NCBI GenBank assembly: GCA_014360195.1
Contig: JACIXY010000002.1
Coordinates: 5,986 to 69,985, forward strand
Reading direction: 5' to 3'
DNA from: Bacillota bacterium
Lineage (GTDB): Bacteria; Bacillota; SHA-98; UBA4971
DNA: 64,000 nucleotides
A program made the position numbers and the translations under genes. Below the pieces are notes generated by a model. That model did no database searches. It saw only the letters and a list, made by a program, of their open reading frames with translations, and was not told the origin of the DNA. Of this stretch, positions 22,681 to 31,153 are shown one piece after another; positions within the stretch are counted from its first letter, which is position 1, and every line of letters begins with the position of its first letter.

Positions 22681-24336
22681 CTACAGATCGATGTCCAGGT
22701 CGAGATCGTCGTCGAAATCGAACTCACGCCTCGACTTCTTCGGGACTCGTCCTTTTCTCGGAAGCTCTTCGTCCAGATCTTCGCCCTTCTTCACCTTGTC
22801 CTTCTTCTTGCGTCGGCCCACAGCCTCGCCCGGAGCTTCCCTGTCCGTTTCGGCGAGTCCTTCAGGCTTCTCCTTGCCCGCCCTGGCAGCAAGCCCTGCC
22901 TCTTCCACTGGGACCGTGTCACCGAAAGCCTCAGCCTCATCCGCTGCGGCGGGGACGGGGCCCGGGGCCTCGACCTCTTCTGCCGTGCCCCTGTCGCCAT
23001 CCATCGGCTGAGCGGCCTCACGATCCTCCTGCGCCACTTCGAAGCCTGGGGCGCGGCCCACGTCCTCCCCGGTCTCGGCCCACTCATCCACGATAGGCTC
23101 ATCCACTGCTATGGGTTCATCCACTGCGGGGGCCACCGGAGCCACGGTTTCGGTCTCAATCTCGATTGCGGGGGCCGCCGGAGCCGCGGTTTCGGTCTCA
23201 ATCTCGATGTCGGCCTCTGGCTCCTCCCCAGCCTCGACGGTGCGGGCCTCTTGCTCCTGCGCGGCTCTCTCGGCGGCCAGGCGCTCCTCTTCCTCCTCCA
23301 GCGCCCGCGCCTGCGAGTCGCTCTTGATGTCGATCTTCCAGCCTGTCAGCTTGGCCGCAAGCCGCACGTTCTGGCCTTCCTTCCCGATTGCCAGCGATAA
23401 CTGGTTGTCCGGTACTATCGCTCTCGCCACGTGGTTCGCCTCGTCCACACGCGTCAGAATGACCCGTGCAGGACTGAGCGCGTTGGACACGTATATGCCG
23501 GGGTCGTCATGCCACTGGATGATGTCTATCTTCTCACCCCGTAGCTCAGCAACGATCTTCTGGACCCGCATTCCACGAGGACCTACGCAGGCGCCGACTG
23601 CATCCACGTTCGGGTCGTACGAAAGTACTGCCACCTTGGACCTGCTGCCGGCCTCCCTAGCGATGCCCTTTATCTCGACGGTCCCATCGTATATCTCCGG
23701 TACTTCAAGCTCCAGAAGCCTTTTGAGGAGACCGGGATGGCTCCGGGAGACGACCACCTGCGGCCCTTTCGGCGTCTTGCGTGCCTCTACGATGTAGACC
23801 TTTATCCTGTCGCCGAATGAGTAGCTCTCCCGCTGCACCTGCTCGGACGGAGGCATGATAGCCTCCACCCGGCCGAGGTCGACGATGACGTTGCGCATCT
23901 CGCGCCGCTGCACGATTCCCGTCACGACATCGCCTTCCCTGTTGCTGTATTCTTCGTATATTACGCCCCGCTCGGCCTCGCGGATCTTTTGGACCACGAC
24001 CTGCTTGGCAGTCTGCGCGGCTATCCGCCCAAACTCACGGGGCGTCACCTCCACCTCGAAGACATCGCCGATCTGGTGCGTGGGGTCCACCGCTCGAGCC
24101 TCATCCAGCGATATCTCCTGCCTGGGGTCCCGCGGCACCTCCACAACGTTCTTGTGCGCATAGACGTTGATATCACCGGTCTCGGGGTCTATCTTCACTC
24201 TGACGTTCTGGGAAGAGCCATAGTTCCGCTTGAAAGCAGAGACAAGCGCTGTTTCTATGGCCTCAAGCAGCGCAGCGCGCGGGATCCCCCGCTCCTTTTC
24301 AAGTTGTGTAAGCGCCTGAATGACCTCGGAATTCAT
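22681..24336 (-). CDS. nusA: Transcription termination factor NusA with a long acidic C-terminal tail
   Basis: [48 protein letters not shown]. Confidence 0.97.
   Translation of the reverse strand: MNSEVIQALTQLEKERGIPRAALLEAIETALVSAFKRNYGSSQNVRVKIDPETGDINVYAHKNVVEVPRDPRQEISLDEARAVDPTHQIGDVFEVEVTPREFGRIAAQTAKQVVVQKIREAERGVIYEEYSNREGDVVTGIVQRREMRNVIVDLGRVEAIMPPSEQVQRESYSFGDRIKVYIVEARKTPKGPQVVVSRSHPGLLKRLLELEVPEIYDGTVEIKGIAREAGSRSKVAVLSYDPNVDAVGACVGPRGMRVQKIVAELRGEKIDIIQWHDDPGIYVSNALSPARVILTRVDEANHVARAIVPDNQLSLAIGKEGQNVRLAAKLTGWKIDIKSDSQARALEEEEERLAAERAAQEQEARTVEAGEEPEADIEIETETAAPAAPAIEIETETVAPVAPAVDEPIAVDEPIVDEWAETGEDVGRAPGFEVAQEDREAAQPMDGDRGTAEEVEAPGPVPAAADEAEAFGDTVPVEEAGLAARAGKEKPEGLAETDREAPGEAVGRRKKKDKVKKGEDLDEELPRKGRVPKKSRREFDFDDDLDLDIDL
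23125..23208. repeat. 42-bp tandem duplication in the nusA tail
   Basis: 23125-23166 and 23167-23208 differ at 2 positions ([14 protein letters not shown] / [14 protein letters not shown]). Confidence 0.85.
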
Positions 24337-24450
24337 CGTAACCCTCCTCGCCACCCGGCGAATTATCCCGTATCCCGTATCATGGGCTGCAAAATGCGGG
24401 CATTTCGCCCGCCTGCCGAAAATCAGGAGACCTCGGACAGCCCGCCGACC

Positions 24451-24909
24451 CTAGATCTCCACGACAAGCCTCGCATGGCTTATCTTCTCGCGGGGCACCT
24501 CAACGGTGCGCCCGTCCAGGTCGAGCCTGACTTTTCCGTCGGCCATGCCGAGAAGCCTGCCCTCAAACGACTTCCTGCCGTCAACCGGAGCATACGTGGT
24601 CACAAGCACCGTGCGTCCGCGGAACCGCTCGTAGTCGCTCTCGCGCCTCAAGGGTTTCTCCCCCGAGGATGACACCTCCAGCACGTAGCTCTGAGGAATC
24701 GGATCGAGCTCATCCAGCTTGCGGCCGAGTTCGTTGTTGACCCACTCGCAATCGTCCATGGAGACTCCCTCAGGGCGATCGATGTACACCCTGAGGTACC
24801 ACTGCCCACCCTCTCGGACATATTCCACGTCGACAAGATCGATTCCTCTTCCATCCAGCATTGGTCGCAGGATCTCCGTGACCAGGTTCTCGATGTCCTG
24901 AGCCTTCAC
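24451..24909 (-). CDS. rimP: Ribosome maturation factor RimP
   Basis: LRVYIDR, YVLEVSS; first gene of the nusA-infB operon. Confidence 0.95.
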   Translation of the reverse strand: MKAQDIENLVTEILRPMLDGRGIDLVDVEYVREGGQWYLRVYIDRPEGVSMDDCEWVNNELGRKLDELDPIPQSYVLEVSSSGEKPLRRESDYERFRGRTVLVTTYAPVDGRKSFEGRLLGMADGKVRLDLDGRTVEVPREKISHARLVVEI

Positions 24910-25014
24910 GTGATTTCCTCCTCTACTCAAGCGCACGATGCAAGCCTCTGGGCTGGGCCGTCACCCAGCTCCGGCGACCCACACGGGATGAGGCCAAACC
25001 GCCTCACAACATGA

Positions 25015-25036
25015 GAGAGTGGGTTTCCCCACTCTC
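25015..25036 (-). promoter_or_regulatory. rimP leader hairpin
   Basis: GAGAGTGGG-N4-CCCACTCTC, resembling the GAGTGGG hairpin found in Firmicutes rimP leaders. Confidence 0.6.
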
Positions 25037-25079
25037 CACACTTGCCGCAGCGTTGACGGCTCGAAGGCTCTACGGTTAG

Positions 25080-25108
25080 AGTATAACATACGAGACGCCG
25101 CCGTGCAA
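25080..25108 (-). promoter_or_regulatory. sigmaA promoter of the rimP operon
   Basis: TTGCAC-N17-TATACT with extended TG. Confidence 0.7.
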
Positions 25109-25266
25109 TAACGCAAAGTGCAACAACAAAACGATGGACGATGAAACATGGAGCGACCCAAACCGACCTCGCCCGGACCGGCCTCGCCAGGGACCTCGTC
25201 GCCCCGGAAAGAAACGCCCCTCCAGGGCATACAATCGTTTTGACAAACGACGGGAGGCTTCCTGAA

Positions 25267-25533
25267 ATGACAGGGGAAGAGAGAGTGGTGGCAGCGATGG
25301 CCTGCCTCCGGGCAGCCGGCGCGATGGTCGAGGTTCTCGGGGCGTTTCTGATGCTCAGGTGCAGCCGCATCTCCGCAGCGCTGAAGATCAACGCGGCCCT
25401 CGGGATCCTCGGTCCCGCCGTCCTCGTGCTGGTGTGTGCGCTAGGGCTCTCGGGCATCGTGGGCCGCGTGTCCTGGGTGAAGCTGTTCATTATCCTCTGC
25501 GGCACGATGCTGATCATGGCTGGAACGAGATAG
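25267..25533 (+). CDS. yqhV: YqhV/DUF2619 family membrane protein (sporulation-associated)
   Basis: AMACLR...ALKINAALGILGP...SWVKL pattern; GGGAGG RBS. Confidence 0.75.
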   Translation: MTGEERVVAAMACLRAAGAMVEVLGAFLMLRCSRISAALKINAALGILGPAVLVLVCALGLSGIVGRVSWVKLFIILCGTMLIMAGTR

Positions 25534-25569
25534 GCACGAGACGGCGAAGCGTGCCATCGTGTCATTCTC

Positions 25570-25598
25570 TTGAAATTGGGCAGGTGCAAGTGTAGAAT
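25570..25598 (+). promoter_or_regulatory. sigmaA promoter for the EF-G2 gene
   Basis: TTGAAA-N17-TAGAAT. Confidence 0.6.
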
Positions 25599-25645
25599 AA
25601 GGAAGGCAACACAAGACTGGACGAGCGTTTGATAACAAGGAGGAG

Positions 25646-27742
25646 ATGTTTTTGAAGAGATACCGGACGGAGGATCTCCGGAACGTGGCCCTCATCGCCC
25701 ATGGCGGGGCAGGAAAAACCAGCCTTGCCGAGGCGATTTTGTATGATGCCCACGCGATCGATAGGCTCGGCAGGGTGGACGAGGGAACCAGCACAATGGA
25801 TTACGACCCCGATGAGATCAAGCGCAAGATCTCCATTTCCACCGCAGTGGCCCCCTTCGAATGGAAGGGTGTAAAGGTCAACCTGATTGATACACCGGGT
25901 TACGCGGACTTCGTCGGCGAGGTGAAAAGCGGGCTCCGGGTGGCGGATTCCGCGCTCGTCGTGGTCTGCGCGGTTTCCGGCGTCGAAGTGGGAACCGAGA
26001 ACGTGTGGAAGTTCGCAGATGAGCGCGAGCTTCCGCGAGCCATCGTCGTCACGAAGCTGGACCGCGAGAACGCTGACTTCTTCAAGACGGTTGATGCCGT
26101 GCGAAACACTTTCGGGAACCGCTGCGTCCCCGTGCAGATCCCCGTTGGCTCTCAGGACAGTTTCCGGGGCGTGGTGGACCTCATCAGGATGAAAGCCATC
26201 GTGTACGAGGACGGAGCCGGCGCGAAGTTTAAGGAGGAGGACATTCCCGGAGACCTCCTGGGCCGGGCACAGGAGTTACGCGACGCGCTTGTGGAGATCG
26301 CCGCGGAAAGCGACGACGAACTCATCGAGAAATATCTCGAAGGTAACGAGTTGACGCAAGAAGAGATCGTAAAGGGCCTGCGGGCCGGGGTCATCCAAGG
26401 AAAGGCGTACCCGATCTTGTGCGCTTCTGCGCTCCGGAACATCGGTGTACAGCCACTCATTGACGCCATCGTATCGCTTCTGCCTTCGCCGGTGGACGCA
26501 GGCGCCGTGAAAGGCACAGTACCCGGGTCCGAAGAGAAAACCGAAAGGGCTCCCGAGGACGGCGCGCCGCTCGCAGCACTCGTGTTCAAAACCACGGCGG
26601 ACCCCTTCGTCGGCAGGATCAGCATGTTCCGGGTTTATTCCGGCACGCTCAGGTCCGACTCGCAGGTATACAACATCACCCGCGATGCCCAGGAACGCGT
26701 CGGCCAGGTTTTCTTCATGAAGGGGAAGCAGCAGGAACCTGCCGGTGAGGTGGGTGCCGGCGACATCGCCGCGGTGGCGAAGCTTTCGGTGACAGCGACG
26801 GGCGACACATTCACAGACAAAGCCAACCCCATAGTGCTGCCGGGGATAGAGTTCCCCAAGCCCACCCTGGCGATGGCCATGAAGCCGAAGAGCAAGGGCG
26901 ACGAGGAGAAGATCAGCAGTGGCCTTGCGAGGCTCGCCGAGGAAGACCCCACAGTCGTGGTCAGACGAGATGTCGAGACGTCTGAGACCATAGTCGAGGG
27001 CATGGGAGAGGTCCACATCGAGGTCATCGCGGAGAAGCTGAAGCGCAAGTTCGGAACCGACGTGGTCCTCGAGACTCCGAAGGTGCCATACCGCGAGACC
27101 ATCCGTGGAACTGCGAAGGTTGAGGGGAAACACAAGAAGCAAACCGGTGGACGCGGTCAGTATGGCCACGTGTTCCTCGAGCTTGAGCCACTGCCGCCCG
27201 GAGGGGATTTCGAATTCGTCGACAAGATCTTCGGGGGTGCCGTGCCGCGGCAGTACATCCCGGCGGTGGAGAAAGGCGTGCGAGAGGCACTCCAGGAGGG
27301 GGTGCTCGCAGGCTACCCGATGGTTGATGTCAAGGTCACCCTCTACGACGGCTCATACCACCCTGTGGACTCATCCGAAATGGCGTTCAAGATCGCCGCG
27401 TCGATGGCCTTCAAGAAGGGGGCCATGGAGGCGCACCCGGTGCTGCTCGAGCCCATAATGAGCGTTCAGGTCGTGGTGCCGGAGAACCAGATGGGAGACG
27501 TCATGGGCGACCTCAACAAAAGGCGCGGAAGGATCATGGGCATGGAGCCTCACGGCAAATACCAGATCATCAAGGCGCAGGTACCCATGGCGGAGATGTT
27601 CAAGTACGCCATAGATCTCCGCTCCATCACAGGCGGGCGCGGGTCGTACTCGATGGAGTTCTCCCACTACGAGGAGGTCCCTGCCCAGATCAGCCAGCAG
27701 ATAATCGAGAAGGCAAAGAAGGAGAAAGAGCAGCAGGCCTGA
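25646..27742 (+). CDS. fusA: Elongation factor G-like protein (EF-G2)
   Basis: HGGAGKT, RKISI in place of RGITI, DTPG, KKQTGGRGQYG; not next to rpsL/rpsG/tuf, so a second copy; start may be TTG 25652. Confidence 0.92.
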   Translation: MFLKRYRTEDLRNVALIAHGGAGKTSLAEAILYDAHAIDRLGRVDEGTSTMDYDPDEIKRKISISTAVAPFEWKGVKVNLIDTPGYADFVGEVKSGLRVADSALVVVCAVSGVEVGTENVWKFADERELPRAIVVTKLDRENADFFKTVDAVRNTFGNRCVPVQIPVGSQDSFRGVVDLIRMKAIVYEDGAGAKFKEEDIPGDLLGRAQELRDALVEIAAESDDELIEKYLEGNELTQEEIVKGLRAGVIQGKAYPILCASALRNIGVQPLIDAIVSLLPSPVDAGAVKGTVPGSEEKTERAPEDGAPLAALVFKTTADPFVGRISMFRVYSGTLRSDSQVYNITRDAQERVGQVFFMKGKQQEPAGEVGAGDIAAVAKLSVTATGDTFTDKANPIVLPGIEFPKPTLAMAMKPKSKGDEEKISSGLARLAEEDPTVVVRRDVETSETIVEGMGEVHIEVIAEKLKRKFGTDVVLETPKVPYRETIRGTAKVEGKHKKQTGGRGQYGHVFLELEPLPPGGDFEFVDKIFGGAVPRQYIPAVEKGVREALQEGVLAGYPMVDVKVTLYDGSYHPVDSSEMAFKIAASMAFKKGAMEAHPVLLEPIMSVQVVVPENQMGDVMGDLNKRRGRIMGMEPHGKYQIIKAQVPMAEMFKYAIDLRSITGGRGSYSMEFSHYEEVPAQISQQIIEKAKKEKEQQA

Positions 27743-27787
27743 GGGGCTACACGGAACAGATTCGGGCGGATCGCCGCACGACAGCAC

Positions 27788-27816
27788 GAGGGAGCTTGCG
27801 CGACGCAAGCTCCCTC
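27788..27816 (+). terminator. Terminator hairpin after EF-G2
   Basis: GAGGGAGCTTGCG-CGA-CGCAAGCTCCCTC. Confidence 0.7.
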
Positions 27817-27819
27817 TCT

Positions 27820-27849
27820 GCATAATGGCAAGCTGCACGGGGAATACGA
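27820..27849 (+). promoter_or_regulatory. SigF-like forespore promoter
   Basis: GCATA-N15-GGGAATACGA against consensus GYWTA-N15-GGNMAWAHTW (one mismatch). Confidence 0.5.
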
Positions 27850-27894
27850 AGATTAAGTGTGGGTTGTGTATCTGGATCTGGGAGGTCAGGATCC

Positions 27895-29106
27895 ATGCCG
27901 CTTCTTACTTATGACTCGCCCAACACCACCAGGGTTTTCGGTAGGGGACCGTATCAAACCAACGTTGCCGTAACACAGCTTGCCTTCGGGCGCCGGTCCA
28001 ACGCAGTCATTCTTGCAAGCTCCGAGCACCCTCTGGATGCCATCGTCGCCCTCTCCCTTGTGCACCAGCCCATCGATGGGCCGGTGCTCCTCAGTTCGCC
28101 GGGCGGTCTCGACCCGGTTGTCCTGGACGAGGTTCGGAGGCTGGCGCCCATCGGCGCGGAGGGTCTTGCGCAGATAATCATCGTTGGAGCGCTCGGCGAT
28201 GCCGTTGAACGGCAGGTGACCTCGTTGGGGTTCTCAGTGCTGAGGCTCACCGGAATAAACGCCTACCACACTGCAGCGGAGATCGCAAGGTTCCTCGGTT
28301 ACCCCGGAGACATCATGCTGCTACCGGGTGAGCATCCTCTCTCAGGCCTCTGCGCGGGAGCCATGGCCGTGCACGCCGGGGTACCCGTGCTCTTCACCCT
28401 GAAGGATACCCTTCCTCAGGAGACAGCCGGAGCGATCCGCGCCTCCGGAAAGTCTGTAAACGTGTTCATCGTGGGGAGCCGCAGTCTCATCTCGGATGAG
28501 GTTGAGGAGGCGGTCCGCGACCTCACCTCAGGCACGGTCGGGAGGATCTCTGCGGAGGAGCCCTTCGAGCTCTCGGTGAAATTCGCAAAGTACCGCTCAG
28601 CGGACGGAAGGTTCGGGTTCGGCAAGATCGAGAAGCAGGGCCACGCGTTCACCTTTGTTAACCCGGGGAGATGGCAGGACGCGATATCCGGTGCGCTCCT
28701 CGCGCACATGGGCAAGCACACGCCGATTCTTTTCTGCCGCCGGGATGACCTTCCGGCGGTTGTCCGCGATTACCTCCTCCGGGTGAACCCGGCGCAGGGA
28801 AGGCCCGAGCCTCCATTCATGCATGCGTTCATCGTTGGCGATTTCGACGCCATATCCGCCTCGGTGCAGCTCGAGATAGACGACACCATATCCATAGACA
28901 GGAAAGCCGATCACGAAGTCGTGCACACCGTTGCCCCCGGTGACAGCCTCCTCCAGATCGCAAGGCGCTATGGCGTGCCGATACGAGACATCGCCAGTGC
29001 GAACCAGCTGTCGGCCGAAACGGGCCTTGCGCCCGGGTCAAGGCTCCTCATCCCATACGCCGTCACCGGAGCGCCCCCGGCGCCGCCGGCACAGGAGCTT
29101 CACTGA
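27895..29106 (+). CDS. Cell-wall-binding repeat 2 (CWB2) protein with C-terminal LysM
   Basis: TTRVFGRGPYQT, RLTGINAYHTA, PILF/ILL-type repeats; LysM HTVAPGDSLLQIARRYGV; no signal peptide. Confidence 0.8.
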   Translation: MPLLTYDSPNTTRVFGRGPYQTNVAVTQLAFGRRSNAVILASSEHPLDAIVALSLVHQPIDGPVLLSSPGGLDPVVLDEVRRLAPIGAEGLAQIIIVGALGDAVERQVTSLGFSVLRLTGINAYHTAAEIARFLGYPGDIMLLPGEHPLSGLCAGAMAVHAGVPVLFTLKDTLPQETAGAIRASGKSVNVFIVGSRSLISDEVEEAVRDLTSGTVGRISAEEPFELSVKFAKYRSADGRFGFGKIEKQGHAFTFVNPGRWQDAISGALLAHMGKHTPILFCRRDDLPAVVRDYLLRVNPAQGRPEPPFMHAFIVGDFDAISASVQLEIDDTISIDRKADHEVVHTVAPGDSLLQIARRYGVPIRDIASANQLSAETGLAPGSRLLIPYAVTGAPPAPPAQELH

Positions 29107-29155
29107 CTCACGGATACCAAATTGACGGCACCGTAGGTACCGAATGCTCTGGGGT

Positions 29156-30433
29156 TCAGAACCTGTAGACCAGGGTGACCCGGGACTTGAACCTGTGAGT
29201 GTTCTTTGTCTCCCTGAGCGGGTACTCCCGGCGCTTGATCTCGGCCTCATAAGTGATGTCGATGTCCTGAGAGAGGTCGTAGGTAAGCTTCCATGTGACC
29301 TCTGTCTCACTGTAATCTTCATCTCTCTCCTCCGGGTCCGCGTAAGCCTTCCGGGACAGCACGCACCCTGCGCAAAGCGAAAGCCTGTCGCCCATGGGAA
29401 GCTCTGCCTCTGCGCCGATGCTCTGGGCCCTGTACTCCTTCTTCGTGGACGCGGGCACCTTCCGCTCGAACACCGTCCCCTCAACCGTCAGTGTGCCCAC
29501 GACGGTCCCTCCCATCGACAGCGACGCAGCGATCTCCCGGTCGCGAAGGTCCTTTTCGCGGGCGAACGGAAACTCCTTGTCTATGTGAGAAAGTATCAGG
29601 CCCACAGAGAGACGTGGTCTGGGATCCCACGACAGCGTGATCTCACGGGTGTGCTGGTCATACGTTTTGTTGCGGGACCCGGGGTAAGCCGCATGCTTTC
29701 GCTCGAGCCTGACCTTTCCCCCCAGCTTCGCAGTTTGCTTGACGCCCAGTTCAAACCAAGACACACGCGTGGTCGAGCTTTTGTACGGAGCGATGCGGTA
29801 CTCCCTGTCGATAAGGTTGAGGCCTACCAGAGCGGACATCCACGGCCCGGGAACCACCCTGACCTCGCCCGAGACCTCCCGGCGCCCGTGGTCGCTCGCC
29901 GGCCGGTATGGGTAGGCAGCCCCTTCTTCCTCCCAGACAACTTTCGTGGACATTCGCCCGGAAGGCGATTTCCATGCCAGCGCGGCCCTGACGGTAGATG
30001 AGATGCGCTCTGTTCCCGGCTCGGCGGCGTCGTCAGACTCAGACGTCCTGCTTCTCCTTGCGTCCAGGTCAAGCCTGAGCCCTCCTCCCGGCTTTGCCGC
30101 AAACGCTACAGCCGCGTACCCCAAGAGGCCGCACCCGGCAGGGTTGGGCCTTGCGCCTGCCGTGATGTCACATGATATCCCTGCTCCGGCTGGCAGGCGC
30201 AGCTTACCGTCAAACGCCATGCCGAGCTTCATCATATCACCCTCGGAATTCTCGTAAGATGACGAGAATTCCAGCGTGAGCTTGCCGCTCAGGCGCGCTG
30301 CCGCCAATGTCCCGCCGTACTCGGCACTCTTGCTGGCCGCCATAAGACCTTTCGGAAGGAAGACCCACGACACCGCGAGCACACACACGAACACCCCGAC
30401 CAGCCTGCCAAAAGCCGTCTTGCTACCCCCCAT
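29156..30433 (-). CDS. Putative outer-membrane beta-barrel protein
   Basis: Signal peptide, many amphipathic alternating strands, C-terminal VTLVYRF beta-signal; ATG after GGGGAGG. Confidence 0.65.
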   Translation of the reverse strand: MGGSKTAFGRLVGVFVCVLAVSWVFLPKGLMAASKSAEYGGTLAAARLSGKLTLEFSSSYENSEGDMMKLGMAFDGKLRLPAGAGISCDITAGARPNPAGCGLLGYAAVAFAAKPGGGLRLDLDARRSRTSESDDAAEPGTERISSTVRAALAWKSPSGRMSTKVVWEEEGAAYPYRPASDHGRREVSGEVRVVPGPWMSALVGLNLIDREYRIAPYKSSTTRVSWFELGVKQTAKLGGKVRLERKHAAYPGSRNKTYDQHTREITLSWDPRPRLSVGLILSHIDKEFPFAREKDLRDREIAASLSMGGTVVGTLTVEGTVFERKVPASTKKEYRAQSIGAEAELPMGDRLSLCAGCVLSRKAYADPEERDEDYSETEVTWKLTYDLSQDIDITYEAEIKRREYPLRETKNTHRFKSRVTLVYRF

Positions 30434-30516
30434 ACGCGCATTTCCTCCCCGAAAGCGTGCAAGTCTGCCCGGCGCGGAGCCGGCACCAATCCTCATGCCG
30501 GCATACAGACGTCTCC

Positions 30517-30545
30517 ATGATACCATGTCCTGCCATGGATTCCAA
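30517..30545 (-). promoter_or_regulatory. sigmaA-like promoter for the beta-barrel gene
   Basis: TTGGAA-N17-TATCAT with TG extension. Confidence 0.5.
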
Positions 30546-30592
30546 TCCCACTTTCGGGTGATCCTCCCTTCCGCCAGCATCAGAACAAAAAG

Positions 30593-30629
30593 GCCCTCTG
30601 GCACGACACTTGCGCGCGTGCCAGAGGGC
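30593..30629 (-). terminator. Intrinsic terminator
   Basis: 13-bp stem GCCCTCTGGCACG/CGTGCCAGAGGGC followed by CTTTTTGTT on the minus strand. Confidence 0.75.
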
Positions 30630-30813
30630 ATCTCAATATCCCGGTTCGCCAACCCGCCTTGATTCCTGAGCGAGCCCACGGGCTTCTCGCGAACCGGGCC
30701 GGATTCTGGCCTGGTGAAACACCCCGGTCCGCCTCCCATAGAGCGACGGACCCGGCGAAACCTCGCCCGTGGGCAGGTTGTTCCACGCCGTCGAGGCTGC
30801 TCCGGAACAACAT

Positions 30814-31056
30814 CTACTTCCGCTTCTTCACAAGCCCCAGGGAGACAGCTTTCGCGTAATCCTTACAGTTCTCGCAATCCCTCCAGCAGTCCATGCAGCC
30901 TTCCTCCGAGTCCCAGCAGTTGTCATGCCTTGCATATACCGGGCAAATAAGGTAAAGGCTCGCAGGGCATCCCCTGAGCTGGCGGCAGCTTCTCAGGCTC
31001 GCAACGGATACGCCCTCCGGAAGCTCGACCTCGGCCACGCGGCACCACTCCTTCAT
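30814..31056 (-). CDS. Small Cys-rich protein (two-CW-domain-like, probable metal binder)
   Basis: 80 aa with 9 Cys: CRQLRGC..CPVY..NCW..CMDC..DCENC.DY; has its own promoter. Confidence 0.7.
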   Translation of the reverse strand: MKEWCRVAEVELPEGVSVASLRSCRQLRGCPASLYLICPVYARHDNCWDSEEGCMDCWRDCENCKDYAKAVSLGLVKKRK

Positions 31057-31089
31057 GGAAGTTGCTCCAGCTATTCCCCTGACGTCCAG

Positions 31090-31118
31090 AGTGTACCACA
31101 CACCCCCGGACGAGTCAA
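31090..31118 (-). promoter_or_regulatory. sigmaA promoter for the Cys-rich protein
   Basis: TTGACT-N17-TACACT with extended TG. Confidence 0.7.
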
Positions 31119-31153
31119 TTTCGCTGGTTCGGTCTCCCAGTTCAGACTCCCGG

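Noticed and set aside
25646..27742. Canonical EF-G of the str operon
   Set aside because: Lacks RGITI and the rpsL-rpsG-tuf context; an ordinary EF-G2 paralog
30700..30775. Hammerhead ribozyme suggested by CGAAAC next to stems
   Set aside because: The conserved CUGANGA core is absent
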